A stretch of DNA of 64,000 nucleotides from an uncultured Alistipes sp. Its GTDB lineage: Bacteria; Bacteroidota; Bacteroidia; Bacteroidales; Rikenellaceae. The position numbers and the translations under genes are program-made. This document shows, one piece after another, positions 50,955 through 61,790 of this stretch (position 1 is the first letter of the stretch; the number at the start of each line of letters is the position of its first letter). The notes beneath the pieces were generated by a model. That model saw only the letters and a list, made by a program, of their open reading frames with translations, was not told the DNA's origin and made no database searches. Where the stretch lies: contig CAZFIN010000001.1 of the NCBI GenBank assembly GCA_964519525.1, positions 2,532 to 66,531 on the forward strand. The letters are read 5' to 3'.

Positions 50955-52031
50955 TTACATAGATTCTATCACATTTACAGCAGCGGATATATTTCTTACG
51001 CCATGTATTACTTTATTATGGGGAGTAATAAAACGGTTAAGTTTACGTTTCCCAGATCTAAAATATCTTTTTAAAAGATTCCAAAGAAGTAAAAGATTAT
51101 AACTAGTAACCTGAGTTATTAATTTGTGATATTTCGGATAGAGGGTAATAAAAACACTATACATATAGTTAAAATTAACCTGATTCACTAAATCAGGCCG
51201 TCCCATCCGCTTTAAGGCCTTTATGGACGATTCGCACCAAATTGTTGTTGCAGTCCAAGCTTTTGGAATTCTATCTTCCCAGTTTTCAATTATGTCATCC
51301 GGTAAGAATGGTAATTTTCTGAGGGTAATATCGGCACGATAATTGCCTCCACCGTGATTTTTACCAGCTCCATTTATAATAATAGGATAATCTATCTCCA
51401 AATATTTATCCTCTGCAAGACATACCGCTACACAATTTGCAATATCTGGAGAAGCTCCTGGGAAAAATGAGCCTGATTGTTTGAAAATTTTGTCGAGGGT
51501 TTGGCGGCTCACAATCCCATGATAAACACCAGGCAACCCATCGCGCCAAGTAAATCCATCTTTCATACAATGCTTCAAAACGGCCTTACTATCCTTGATA
51601 TAATATTTCCCAGTCCCATTTCTCAGTCGTAATTCCGCTCCTCTCACACCATAAGCATCGGGCCACCTATAATAAACAGGAGAACATATAGCAGCGGAAA
51701 TATCATTTTTATCCATCCACTTTACAACGTCAATAATTTCCCGTGTTGTACCATCGTCATCCCCAAGAAAACACACGTATTTGCCGGTTGAATTAAGTAT
51801 AGCTCTATCTGAATTTTCTGATATAGGCAATTGTCTTCTTTCATGAAAATATTTTACTTGTTTATTGTCAATATTATTTAAATACTCAACAATTTCTCGG
51901 TTATCGTAAGTATTGTCCTGAACTACTATCTCAAACTCATTTGATTTAAATCCTACCAATAATTCAATTAATTGTTTGAGATAAAAATATCTATCCTTCG
52001 TAGGTATTACTATACTTAATAACGGGTGCAT
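50955..52031 (-). CDS. GT2 glycosyltransferase
   Basis: LSIVIPTKDR, VQDN, FLGDDD, GASPD. Confidence 0.88.
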   Translation of the reverse strand: MHPLLSIVIPTKDRYFYLKQLIELLVGFKSNEFEIVVQDNTYDNREIVEYLNNIDNKQVKYFHERRQLPISENSDRAILNSTGKYVCFLGDDDGTTREIIDVVKWMDKNDISAAICSPVYYRWPDAYGVRGAELRLRNGTGKYYIKDSKAVLKHCMKDGFTWRDGLPGVYHGIVSRQTLDKIFKQSGSFFPGASPDIANCVAVCLAEDKYLEIDYPIIINGAGKNHGGGNYRADITLRKLPFLPDDIIENWEDRIPKAWTATTIWCESSIKALKRMGRPDLVNQVNFNYMYSVFITLYPKYHKLITQVTSYNLLLLWNLLKRYFRSGKRKLNRFITPHNKVIHGVRNISAAVNVIESM

Positions 52032-52036
52032 TTTCT

Positions 52037-52839
52037 TTATTTGAGTATCTTTCGACATAAGTTTTCGTTATTAATCTGTTTTTGGGTCAACTTGCAATAT
52101 TCTGAACTTTGATGAGAGATGAAATAATCTTTGATAAATCTTTCTGTTTGAAAATTATGAACTTGAGATATGTTGCACTTTATAATTTTTGTTGGCTGCC
52201 CTGAGAGCAGACAATTGGTATCCGATAAGTTCATTGGCTTACTAATATAAGTGTATTGCGTTGTTACACAACCACTTCCCTCCCCACCATTTAATTATCG
52301 ATGTATACATGTTCAACCACACATTATCTCCTATCGTTATCTCGCCTTCAGTCGGAGAAGTTTCAGGTGTCTCTGTATTATAAAGCGCGTGTATGGAGCT
52401 GTCCATAATAAAGCATCCGGATGAAATCATGACATGATTGCCTATTGTTACCTTATTGACAGCCTTAAGAAGCACTCCGCTGCAAATCATTACGTCGTTC
52501 CCGAGAGTCATTGTGCCGTGGGGCCATATCACAAGATTTGCCCCTTGATTGAGTATCACATCTCCGTTAACAATCAGTTTCCCTTTTATCATCAACTTTG
52601 ATTGTGTCGAGGCTATTGGCATAGCGTCAACGTCATAGCCAATTGTGAAAAGACCTAATCTCGGCTTGCATTTCAATTCCACGTTCCCCTTAAGCGACTG
52701 GATACATAACTTACCCCTAACAACAAAAGGGAAGTATTTAGCTTGACTAAACGGAAGAAGTCTGAAATTTATGTAACCTGTTTTAATCCAATTTATTATT
52801 TTTTTTTACATTGTGAAGTAAAAAGCGGATTCCTGGCAT
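52037..52839 (-). pseudogene. Hexapeptide-repeat (LbH) acyltransferase with two frameshifts
   Basis: Three frames join as ...INWIKTGYINFRLLPFSQA / VTIGNHVMIS...ITIGDNVWL / SGCV...LLSGQPTKIIK; breaks at an A9 tract (52799-52807) and at ~52280. Confidence 0.75.
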
Positions 52840-52840
52840 A

Positions 52841-54325
52841 TTATTTCAATCTTAACAGTTGTAAGGTTTTGTTGATTAGATTGATGTTCAACCGCTTATT
52901 CAGTATCCTTATTGAATAAATGGAAGTAAGCGCGAATAGTACGAATCCCGCCAACCATTTTAGCCAATCAAGATTGACATTCCTGACAAATATGGTGATT
53001 CCACAACATATCAGGATTCCTGCAAGTGTGAATATCACAATGCGATTAAAGTGTATCCTATAATTATACCACATTATGAAATCGTATATCAGGAACTGCA
53101 TGAAGCCGTTCAATGCGTAGGCAATTCCAAGTCCCGATAACCCTAATTTGTTGTATAGAAAGAGTGTGAATAATAGAACTACGGCATTACCAATAACAGA
53201 AGATATAAGAAACAACTTACTGGCCTGCTTTGCCAGGAGAATCATACCCATTGAGTTGGAGCATATAATGGTTATGACACCTAAAATGGCGAAATCCAGA
53301 TAACCGGTGGCTGCAAGAAAGCTATCGGAATAAAGAAACCGTATAAAATACGGAGCGAGAAAAACGAAAAAAACCATCATAGGCATCGCTATCAGTAGGC
53401 CTATTTCGGATTGAGCATTTACTGCTTCATGGAGTTTGGTATTATCATCGTTGAAACTTGCGATACGCGGGTAGTACTCGGTTGACATTGCTGTGATAAT
53501 AATGCCAAAGTAGCTGGTTACAATGGTTGCTCCGGCCTGATACAATCCAACAATATTCAGTCCTCCATGACTACTGACATAAGAAGATATGACAAGTTGA
53601 ACCGCAGAGAGCATGAACGACATTAACATCAGCGAGAACCCCATCTTAACCATGCCTGATGACCTCAACAAAGCCTCGCGGAGCGTCATGTCAATCCTAT
53701 GATATTTAACCTTATCGGCGTAGTATCTTGCGATTAATAGTGTAGCCGCAGCGGAGATAATGAGTGAGGGGACGATACCATTGTCACCAAAGAAAAAATA
53801 CAATGGCAATCCGGCTAAAAGCCCGGCTAAAGCACCCCACATTGTAGAGCAGGCTACATTTCGAAGTTCACGCATTCCGGTATTAATCGCGCGGTAACCA
53901 TTCGTCTGAATTGTTGCTCCAACAGCCAATGACAGGAATAAATAGCCTATTGTATATTTCTTTGAACCAAATGTCCATTCGCTGAGGAGCGGGGACATGG
54001 CAGCCATCAGCAGGATTCCGAATATGCTGGTATAACGGATTATTTTTTTTACAAAAGATATGGTGATATCTACACGTTTTTCATTTCCTGATCCACGAGC
54101 GTCTGCGATATCCCTTACTGCACTTTGGTTAATTCCAAGCCCGGCTCCTACACTTAAAAGATGGATGGAAGTGTTATACAGACTTATTATACCCATTCCC
54201 GAGGGACCTAATAATAGAGCAACTGCCTTATTCAATCCTACTTTTACAGCTATGTTAAATAGCTGTACGAATCCAAATATGAAAGTACTTTTGAAAGTAT
54301 TTCTATATGCCGAGTGATCAGCCAT
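52841..54325 (-). CDS. wzx: Wzx flippase
   Basis: 494 aa, many TM helices, LLGPSGMG, VGLYQAG, YYPRI. Confidence 0.9.
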   Translation of the reverse strand: MADHSAYRNTFKSTFIFGFVQLFNIAVKVGLNKAVALLLGPSGMGIISLYNTSIHLLSVGAGLGINQSAVRDIADARGSGNEKRVDITISFVKKIIRYTSIFGILLMAAMSPLLSEWTFGSKKYTIGYLFLSLAVGATIQTNGYRAINTGMRELRNVACSTMWGALAGLLAGLPLYFFFGDNGIVPSLIISAAATLLIARYYADKVKYHRIDMTLREALLRSSGMVKMGFSLMLMSFMLSAVQLVISSYVSSHGGLNIVGLYQAGATIVTSYFGIIITAMSTEYYPRIASFNDDNTKLHEAVNAQSEIGLLIAMPMMVFFVFLAPYFIRFLYSDSFLAATGYLDFAILGVITIICSNSMGMILLAKQASKLFLISSVIGNAVVLLFTLFLYNKLGLSGLGIAYALNGFMQFLIYDFIMWYNYRIHFNRIVIFTLAGILICCGITIFVRNVNLDWLKWLAGFVLFALTSIYSIRILNKRLNINLINKTLQLLRLK

Positions 54326-54351
54326 AGTTATTTTTGTTTCAGATCAACTTT

Positions 54352-55401
54352 CTAGATCCACCATCCAGAGGGGAGTGCTACAAAGTGTTTGAAGAAATCA
54401 TTGACTCCGAGACAGGGTGCTTGAGTGCCAAAAAGACTATAAAAAGTATTAGGTAAATGCACGCTAGAAATTCCGATTTTCTTTTCCGTTTTTGTTCGTT
54501 TGAGAAAAGCTTGTTTGTCATCAGCCATTGCTCCAAATACCCAATAGTTGGGTACAGTATCATCCACAGGTCTTAAGGGCGAAACACCTGCTGGTAGAGA
54601 GTTTGCGATTGAAATGGCATTTTCACGTTGGCGTGCAATCAGGTCCGGAGTAGCTTTTAGGGATAGTGTGCCGAGGTACGCATTGACGTCAGACGTCATA
54701 CAACCGTATGCCGCTAACTCAATGTTACACAAAGGAGAAATCTCGCCAAGATCATCGCGAAAACGTGGTCTATCTATGCCATAATCTCGTATTAACATAG
54801 CCTTTTTATAGTGTTCTTCTTTCGAAAAAGAAACAGCTCCCCCTTCAATTGCGTTGGGAAGTCTAATTGTTTGAAATGAGTATACGGTGGCGTCCGCCCC
54901 CCAATTACCAGCCTTGAGGCCCTTGTACAGAGAACCGAAAGATTCGCTTACGTCGTCAATTAATAATATTCCTCTTTTATGAGCAATATAACGGATCTCA
55001 TCAACGTATCCAACATACCCGCAAAAATGATTGTGAACTATCGCTTTTGTAGCAGAACCTATTGCTCGCCTGACTGAATCTGGATCCAATGTTCCGGTCG
55101 TTGGATCTATATCAGCCCATTTCAGTTTTATACCACTGACAGCAAAGGGCTGCGATGATGCTAAACAACACATAGGTGACGCAATGACTTCATCACCTGG
55201 CTGCAAGCCTAACACTCTAATTAGGACTAAATAAGCCGAATTAAATGAATTAGTACATAAGACTTTATCAATACCAATATATTTGGCTAAATTTTTCTCA
55301 AATTCGAGAGCATATTTGCCATAAGCTAATTGCTCCGAATGGAATATATTATCCAATTCAGGCAATACTTCTGGGATGTAGGGTTTAAAAAGAGGTATCA
55401 A
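54352..55401 (-). CDS. DegT-family protein with Arg at the PLP-lysine position
   Basis: MIPLFKP, PGDEVIASP, WADIDP, YSFQTIRLPNAIEGG. Confidence 0.85.
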   Translation of the reverse strand: MIPLFKPYIPEVLPELDNIFHSEQLAYGKYALEFEKNLAKYIGIDKVLCTNSFNSAYLVLIRVLGLQPGDEVIASPMCCLASSQPFAVSGIKLKWADIDPTTGTLDPDSVRRAIGSATKAIVHNHFCGYVGYVDEIRYIAHKRGILLIDDVSESFGSLYKGLKAGNWGADATVYSFQTIRLPNAIEGGAVSFSKEEHYKKAMLIRDYGIDRPRFRDDLGEISPLCNIELAAYGCMTSDVNAYLGTLSLKATPDLIARQRENAISIANSLPAGVSPLRPVDDTVPNYWVFGAMADDKQAFLKRTKTEKKIGISSVHLPNTFYSLFGTQAPCLGVNDFFKHFVALPSGWWI

Positions 55402-55886
55402 AATATACGATCGATTTTAATGTATTCGAACATATTATTATCTAATCGACGTGTCAAGAAATTATATGGAAGCTTTTCATTTTTTATATAAACTTCTTTA
55501 TTATATATACTCCAACCGCACCGAATGTAGAAACCTAATACTTTATCTTTACATATCAGCATTCCTGGTAAGTGGGTTGCAGCCAAATAATAATCACATA
55601 AGTTCATTAAAAGAAGTCCAATATTTTCATCTTGTCTTTTCGGGGAAACCACTACATTCCCGATCCCCCAACCTTTTAACGAACCGGATATTTTCACTAA
55701 ATTTAAATAACCTATAAGCTCATTTTCTGACCAAAGTAAAAGGTGAACGTCATCATCTGTAATATTGCTTTTTAACCATTCTTTATGAGCATCATAGGGA
55801 TAATCCCATACTTGATTTTTCAATCTAATAATTGATTCCAGAGTGCTGGAATTAGTATTTTGATGCTTGATAAAATCAAAATACAT
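55398..55886 (-). CDS. GNAT-family N-acyltransferase
   Basis: LIGYLNL, IGNVVVS...IGLLLM, FYIRCGW. Confidence 0.7.
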   Translation of the reverse strand: MYFDFIKHQNTNSSTLESIIRLKNQVWDYPYDAHKEWLKSNITDDDVHLLLWSENELIGYLNLVKISGSLKGWGIGNVVVSPKRQDENIGLLLMNLCDYYLAATHLPGMLICKDKVLGFYIRCGWSIYNKEVYIKNEKLPYNFLTRRLDNNMFEYIKIDRIF

Positions 55887-55887
55887 C

Positions 55888-56976
55888 CTACCACCCTTTC
55901 TTGATAAGAGACACTATTTTTTCTCTGTCCTCTTCTGTAAGCCACCATCCGCAAGGAATATGCACAAATGCATTATACCACTCCTCCATTCCGGGAAGCT
56001 CACGTCTTGAATTTTTGAAAATACTGTGTGTATCACTGCGATGGTGTAGAGGTGACGCTGTGATACCATTGGATTCCATCATCTTTATGAAATCTTCTCT
56101 GCGATCTACTTTCATGGTGTATAACCAATATGAGGCATCCGTTCCGGGATAATAGTATGGTAAGGTTACTCCATCTGTTCCGGCTAAGGCTCTGTCGTAG
56201 AACTTACCATTAGAAATATATTTTCCGATAATTTCTTTGATATATTGCATCTGAATGAGACCGATGGTGGCATTGACATTGTTCATGGCATATTTGTAGC
56301 CGACTTCTGTAATATCATTCTCAAGACGTGATTTTTTCTTGTCGAGGCCGAACCAACGGAGGCAGCGAGCGCGATCTATTTGATCAGTATTCTCCATTGC
56401 TAAGAAACCACCGTCAACAGTAGTCATATGTTTGATGGCCTGAAGCGAAAAAATAGTATAGGGTGCGTTGCAACCCGTCATCTTTCCACAGAACCTCGAA
56501 CCCAGCGCATGAGCCGCGTCTTCAATAAACGGGATGCCTGTTTCTTCATAAATTTTTCGATATGCGTCTATATCACATACCATGCCAGCGTAATCAACAA
56601 ATACGATAGCTTTTGTTTTATCCGTAATTAGTGATTTTACACTAACGGGGTCTAGTAACCCGTTCCGAGAATCGACATCACCCCAAACGACTTTCGCACC
56701 AATCATAGCAATTGCTGTATTGGTTGGTTCTGCTGTCATAGGTGTTGAAATCACTTCATCTCCAGACTTAACACCGGCCAATATAAAAGCGAGATGAAGG
56801 GCATCGGTACCGGAATGTAGAGATAAACTATTTTGAGTACCTATATAATTGCGAAACTCATTTTCAAAGTCGTCTACTGCCTGGCCCGTTGCAATATAGC
56901 CGCTGTAAAGGATTTTCTCTAAAGCAGGCATTAACACATCTCGTGGAGGCATGAAGGGTTTGACTAATGGTATCAT
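55888..56976 (-). CDS. DegT/DnrJ/EryC1/StrS aminotransferase
   Basis: EDAAHALGS, FSLQAIKHMTTVDGG (Lys intact), GYKYAMNN. Confidence 0.92.
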   Translation of the reverse strand: MIPLVKPFMPPRDVLMPALEKILYSGYIATGQAVDDFENEFRNYIGTQNSLSLHSGTDALHLAFILAGVKSGDEVISTPMTAEPTNTAIAMIGAKVVWGDVDSRNGLLDPVSVKSLITDKTKAIVFVDYAGMVCDIDAYRKIYEETGIPFIEDAAHALGSRFCGKMTGCNAPYTIFSLQAIKHMTTVDGGFLAMENTDQIDRARCLRWFGLDKKKSRLENDITEVGYKYAMNNVNATIGLIQMQYIKEIIGKYISNGKFYDRALAGTDGVTLPYYYPGTDASYWLYTMKVDRREDFIKMMESNGITASPLHHRSDTHSIFKNSRRELPGMEEWYNAFVHIPCGWWLTEEDREKIVSLIKKGW

Positions 56977-58007
56977 TTTTCTTCTTTATATTTTTTCAGT
57001 TCGTCCTTGACGTAATCGAGGGTAAGAAGGCGCTCCTTCATCTGCTTAACATTAAGCTGTTGGGTATTGTCTGAGTTGTATTGCATTCTATCAACTCTAT
57101 GCCCGTAATCTGCAATGGCCTGATCATAATTGAGGTCTCGGAAATCGGCTGGAATTCGGTAGAAATTGCCTAAGTCTTCAGCTTTTACCATCTCTTCTGA
57201 TGTGCAAAGGGTTTCGTACATTTTTTCGCCGTGACGGGCTCCAATGATGCGTATTGGCTCTTTGTAATCGAACAATTCTTTGACTGCCGTTGCAAGTGTC
57301 TCAATCGTAGCAGCAGGAGCTTTCTGAACGAAAAGATCTCCGGGATTGGCATTTTCAAATGCGAAGAGAACAAGATCGACTGCTTCATCCAGCGACATCA
57401 TAAACCGGGTCATTTCCGGGACTGTCACTGTCATCGGTTTCTTTTTTTTAATCTGGTCAATAAACAGCGGGATTATTGATCCTCGGGAGCACAGAACGTT
57501 TCCATAGCGAGTGGCACAAATGACGGTACTGTTTGCTTTAGCACGCGGGTCGCGGGACTTGGCAATAGCTAGTTTTTCCATCAATGCTTTTGTCATGCCC
57601 ATTGTGTTTACAGGATAGGCCGCTTTATCGGTAGAAAGTACTACAACTCGCTTTACCCCATTGCGTACAGCTGCCTCCAACACGTTCTCTGATCCGAGAA
57701 CATTAGTTCTTACGGCTTGAAATGGGAAAAACTCGCAAGCAGGAACTTGTTTCAAAGCCGCTGCACTGAAAACATAGTCTACACCTGCCATGGCATTATT
57801 AATACTATCGAAGTCTCGAACATCGCCTATGATAAAGTTGACCTTTGGTGACTGTAGGCGATGTCGCATTTCATCTTGTTTCTTTTCATCACGACTGAAA
57901 ATTCGTATTTCCTTGATGTCACTATCAAGGAATCTTTTCAGTACCGCATTACCAAAAGAACCAGTACCGCCTGTAATTAATAAGGTTTTATTTTTGAATA
58001 TACTCAT
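56973..58007 (-). CDS. Soluble UDP-GlcNAc 4,6-dehydratase/epimerase (FnlA/CapE-like)
   Basis: TGGTGSFG, FSRDEKKQ, AAALKQVP, STDKA, MGMTK, RHGEK. Confidence 0.9.
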   Translation of the reverse strand: MSIFKNKTLLITGGTGSFGNAVLKRFLDSDIKEIRIFSRDEKKQDEMRHRLQSPKVNFIIGDVRDFDSINNAMAGVDYVFSAAALKQVPACEFFPFQAVRTNVLGSENVLEAAVRNGVKRVVVLSTDKAAYPVNTMGMTKALMEKLAIAKSRDPRAKANSTVICATRYGNVLCSRGSIIPLFIDQIKKKKPMTVTVPEMTRFMMSLDEAVDLVLFAFENANPGDLFVQKAPAATIETLATAVKELFDYKEPIRIIGARHGEKMYETLCTSEEMVKAEDLGNFYRIPADFRDLNYDQAIADYGHRVDRMQYNSDNTQQLNVKQMKERLLTLDYVKDELKKYKEEK

Positions 58008-58017
58008 AATTAAATTA

Positions 58018-59310
58018 TTAGTCTTGGTTAAATATGTCGCGCGTGTAGACCTTTTCAGAGACATCAATGAGGTCGGCGCTTGTGCGATTGGCTAGGATGA
58101 CGTGGGAGAGGCGTTTAAACTCGGCCAGGTCGTTGGCCACACGCGAGCCAAAGAAAGTTGAGCCGTCTTCAAGTGTGGGTTCGTAGATGATGACTGTAGC
58201 ACCTTTGGCCTTTATGCGCTTCATAACACCCTGAATGGATGACTGACGGAAGTTGTCGGAATTTGACTTCATGGTCAAACGGTAGACTCCGATTGTGATA
58301 GGTTCATCGGGCGTCCATCCTGCCATGCGAAGCACTTGATCGGCGATGAAGTCCTTGCGGGTGCGGTTGCTCTCAACGATGGCCGACATCATATTCTGAG
58401 GCACGTCGGCATAGTTGGCGAGTAACTGCTTAGAGTCTTTAGGCAGGCAGTAGCCGCCGTAACCGAACGATGGGTTGTTGTAGTGAGTACCTATGCGAGG
58501 ATCGAGACCGATCCCTTCGATGATAGCCCGAGAGTCGAGACCCTTAACCTCGGCATAGGTGTCGAGCTCGTTGAAGTAGCTCACCCGCAGGGCCAGATAT
58601 GTATTGGCGAACAGTTTCACAGCTTCGGCCTCCTTCATGCCCATGTAGAGCGTGGGAATGTCCTGCTTGATAGCACCCTGCTTGAGGAGATCGGCAAACA
58701 CGCGGGCTTTTTCCTCAAGCATGGCAGGATCGGTAAGACGAAGAATTGCTTCGTTCTCGTCAACAAATTCGGGCTTGTCAATCACCTTGGGCACGCCGGC
58801 GATGATACGTGAGGGGTAGAGGTTGTCATACAGCGCCTTTGACTCGCGGAGGAACTCGGGGAAGAAGAGCAGATTGAAGCGACTGACACCCTTGGCGGCG
58901 TACTTGACGTAAAGGCTACGACAGTAGCCGACAGGTATAGTCGACTTTATGACCATCACAGCGTCGGGGTTGACTGAAAGAACAAGGTCGATGACGTCCT
59001 CGATGCAGTGGGTATCAAAGTAGTTCTTTGCAGGATCATAGTTTGTCGGAGCGGCGATCACGACAAAGTCCGCCTTTCCGTAAGCCTCGAATCCGTTAAT
59101 GGTTGCTGTGAGATCAAGGCCTTTTTCGGCAAGGTAGCGCTCGATATATTCGTCCTGAATAGGTGATCTTCGCTGGTTGATCAGCTCGACTTTCTCGGGT
59201 ACTACATCTACAGCCGTCACTTTATTATGCTGGGCAAGCAATGTGGCAATTGAAAGTCCTACATATCCTGTTCCGGCTACAGCAATATTGTGATGTATTG
59301 TTTCTTCCAT
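58018..59310 (-). CDS. ugd: UDP-glucose 6-dehydrogenase
   Basis: [41 protein letters not shown]. Confidence 0.95.
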   Translation of the reverse strand: MEETIHHNIAVAGTGYVGLSIATLLAQHNKVTAVDVVPEKVELINQRRSPIQDEYIERYLAEKGLDLTATINGFEAYGKADFVVIAAPTNYDPAKNYFDTHCIEDVIDLVLSVNPDAVMVIKSTIPVGYCRSLYVKYAAKGVSRFNLLFFPEFLRESKALYDNLYPSRIIAGVPKVIDKPEFVDENEAILRLTDPAMLEEKARVFADLLKQGAIKQDIPTLYMGMKEAEAVKLFANTYLALRVSYFNELDTYAEVKGLDSRAIIEGIGLDPRIGTHYNNPSFGYGGYCLPKDSKQLLANYADVPQNMMSAIVESNRTRKDFIADQVLRMAGWTPDEPITIGVYRLTMKSNSDNFRQSSIQGVMKRIKAKGATVIIYEPTLEDGSTFFGSRVANDLAEFKRLSHVILANRTSADLIDVSEKVYTRDIFNQD

Positions 59311-60093
59311 ATGCTCAATATTAGTTGTCTCAGTATTCCGCTATTGTTTATTGTATTCCAGAGCATGACGAAAGCTTCTAGATCGTAGTGGTTGAGATCG
59401 AGACGAGAGTTCGGATAGGATGCGGCTATCGAGTGTTACTTGAGTTTCGTTGTCTAGAATCCCGGGAAAGAGTGAGTATGCGAAACTACGGTAACTACGG
59501 AGGATACTTTAACCAATGTTTGAGAAATCCTCAATCTTGTTGCGTTCATACTACCGGAGTTTTGCTCTTTCGGAATTATCTCCGAATTATTGAGCAATAT
59601 TCTCTCGCATGATCAGTGCAAGCCTTTGATAGTTCTCGCATGTAATTACTTCAGGGAAGTAGCCATCTTTCTTCAGTGTTGTTATCAAGTTCCTTTTATC
59701 GTGAGGTAAGCAGTATAAATGATTGCTACTTTTGGAAAAATCATTTCAGACTCTAAACTCTCTTCAATTTTTTGCCACACATTCTATGTCATTGCTCAGC
59801 TACACGATTTTCTTCATCAGATGGTCTATGCCTAGAGAAACAGAAATTGTCGGTAAGAGACCATTCATCATGAGATAATGACAATACGGCATAATAAACT
59901 TGGAATCACCCAATTTGATCATTTCAGGATTGGAACTTCTCGCAGTTGTCAGCATATCAGGATTTTCGTTTCATGATTATGCTAAATACTTCTGCCTCAA
60001 TAAATCTGATTGCGTCTTTTCATCCATATTTTGTTTCAGCCCATTTTGACCGATAGTCCATAACTCATCTTTAGAATGGCAGGAATCGAATTG

Positions 60094-60630
60094 TCAGACA
60101 AAATGTATGAATTCAGGGTCAACCTCGATAGCGGCAGACAGAAGCCCCGGAAGTTCAACAATAAGACGTCGTTTTCTCATGCCTTTCACCGATAACAAAC
60201 GTCCCTGATAACCATCCAGACGACCGCCATGAATGTGAACCGACTTACCACACATTGCCTCTGTGAGTTCTCCCGGTTTATAATATAACGGTGTCTCAAT
60301 GTTGCCGACAGCAAATATAAACCGATCCATTTCCTCATCCCGAACCGTTATAGGTTCATTCTTGGTCTTTCCACGCTGGTAGCGATACTGGAGTGTTGGA
60401 TACTGATCTACAACAGGATCGAGTATCTCTTTAGCCTCGTGGACAAATAACAAATCCTGTATCACTGGCACATCTCTGCGTTGCAACCGTCCCCCTATTT
60501 TCATTACCATTTGAGTCATCGGGGTGAATACCTCCAATCCTGCTTTTGCCAGATCGTGGATTGCAAGAGTATTTGCAGTTCTGCGCTTGAGATCACGCAT
60601 CACAAACCATCGCTTTTCGGAGGGGTGCAT
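60094..60630 (-). CDS. upxY: UpxY (NusG-like) transcription antiterminator
   Basis: WFVMRDLKR, VFTPM, LLFVH, KOW-like VHIHGGRLDGYQG; first gene of the polysaccharide operon. Confidence 0.9.
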   Translation of the reverse strand: MHPSEKRWFVMRDLKRRTANTLAIHDLAKAGLEVFTPMTQMVMKIGGRLQRRDVPVIQDLLFVHEAKEILDPVVDQYPTLQYRYQRGKTKNEPITVRDEEMDRFIFAVGNIETPLYYKPGELTEAMCGKSVHIHGGRLDGYQGRLLSVKGMRKRRLIVELPGLLSAAIEVDPEFIHFV

Positions 60631-60973
60631 AAAGATGTATTCTGTGACCTTAGGGCAAATCTTCAAATCCCGCCTAAGCTTACATATTCATGAAACTTAG
60701 GTAGTTATAACAAACTTCAAAAAAGGATGAGGTTTTGACGATAATCAACTTACCTCGATTTGTTCCTCCTCCCACTCTGGTAACTTGTAAGGCCTATTAA
60801 GTGTTAAAATTAGGTATCTCTATGTAAGAGATACTCTCTTTCGGACGCGAAATTAAGAATAATTATTGGAACGCACAAATTTGGTACGATAAATTCAGGC
60901 CTAATATGCAAAATGGAGGCGAGGGGGGGGGCAACGCACTGAAATAGATTAGCTTAGAACCATATGGGATAAA

Positions 60974-61740
60974 ATGAAAAAAAATTGCTTTTATTGCGGG
61001 AACAATAAGGCGGTAAAAGCCGGCATAAGTCAGGAAGACAGAGTTATCAATGTAAATCATGCGGGCGACAATTTGCCGGTGGCAAATGCCTCTAGGAGAG
61101 CGATTGAAGACTGAATATATCGAGGGCAAACAGCCCCTTGCGTAGCGGTCGTAAAAATGCCAAGTCGACAAAAGAATGATATGACGTCACTTGAAAACCA
61201 TGCATCATGTTCGTGTAATATCCAAACATAAAGAAGTAGTCGTCAACATGGATACGACCCTATTGCGGCCATAGCTTCGGGTTAATGGTTATCAAAGATT
61301 CTTTTTGCAACAAAATTCTATGGAATAAGTTCGTTCGCAACGAAACCATTGTAGGCTATCAAGAAGGCATTGCGTGGCTTCGGGAACACGGATTTCGCAT
61401 CTACGGTATAGTCTACGATGGTTATTGACGCCTTACGGCCTTATCCTGTGAAACGTATCAGCTCCATTAAATAATGATTATATGTCGGCATCAGACTAAC
61501 CATCCGGAGTTGCCTCCCCCACTGAAACTCTAACCAAACGTATTACGCATATGTACAAATAGGAATTTACGGCGGAACTGCATGTGTGGCCGGAACGATG
61601 GCAGGAGTTTATACGAGAGCGCACGCTCGACCTTATCAAAATCATAGTACTGATGACAAGATGCTTGTCTGCAATTTTAGAGGCCCCCACATCTTTGTTC
61701 ATGCCTATAAGAATGGTAAAACTCTCAGGATATCTAATTT
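60974..61740 (+). pseudogene. Degraded transposase with N-terminal Zn ribbon (IS256-variant-like)
   Basis: Across frames: MKKNCFYCG...YQCKSCGRQFAGG, VVVNMDTT, FGLMVIKDS, VRNETIVGYQEGIAWLREHGFRIYGIVYDG. Confidence 0.7.
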
Positions 61741-61790
61741 TAGGGTTGCTTGATCCGGTCCTCCTACCAATATCATTATTCTATTCATTA

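Noticed and set aside
58850-58870. ugd reads FFPEFLRE instead of the usual FSPEFLRE
   Set aside because: Single substitution with catalytic motifs intact; significance cannot be judged from sequence
60631-60973. Invertible promoter upstream of upxY
   Set aside because: No convincing pair of inverted repeats flanking a promoter was found by eye
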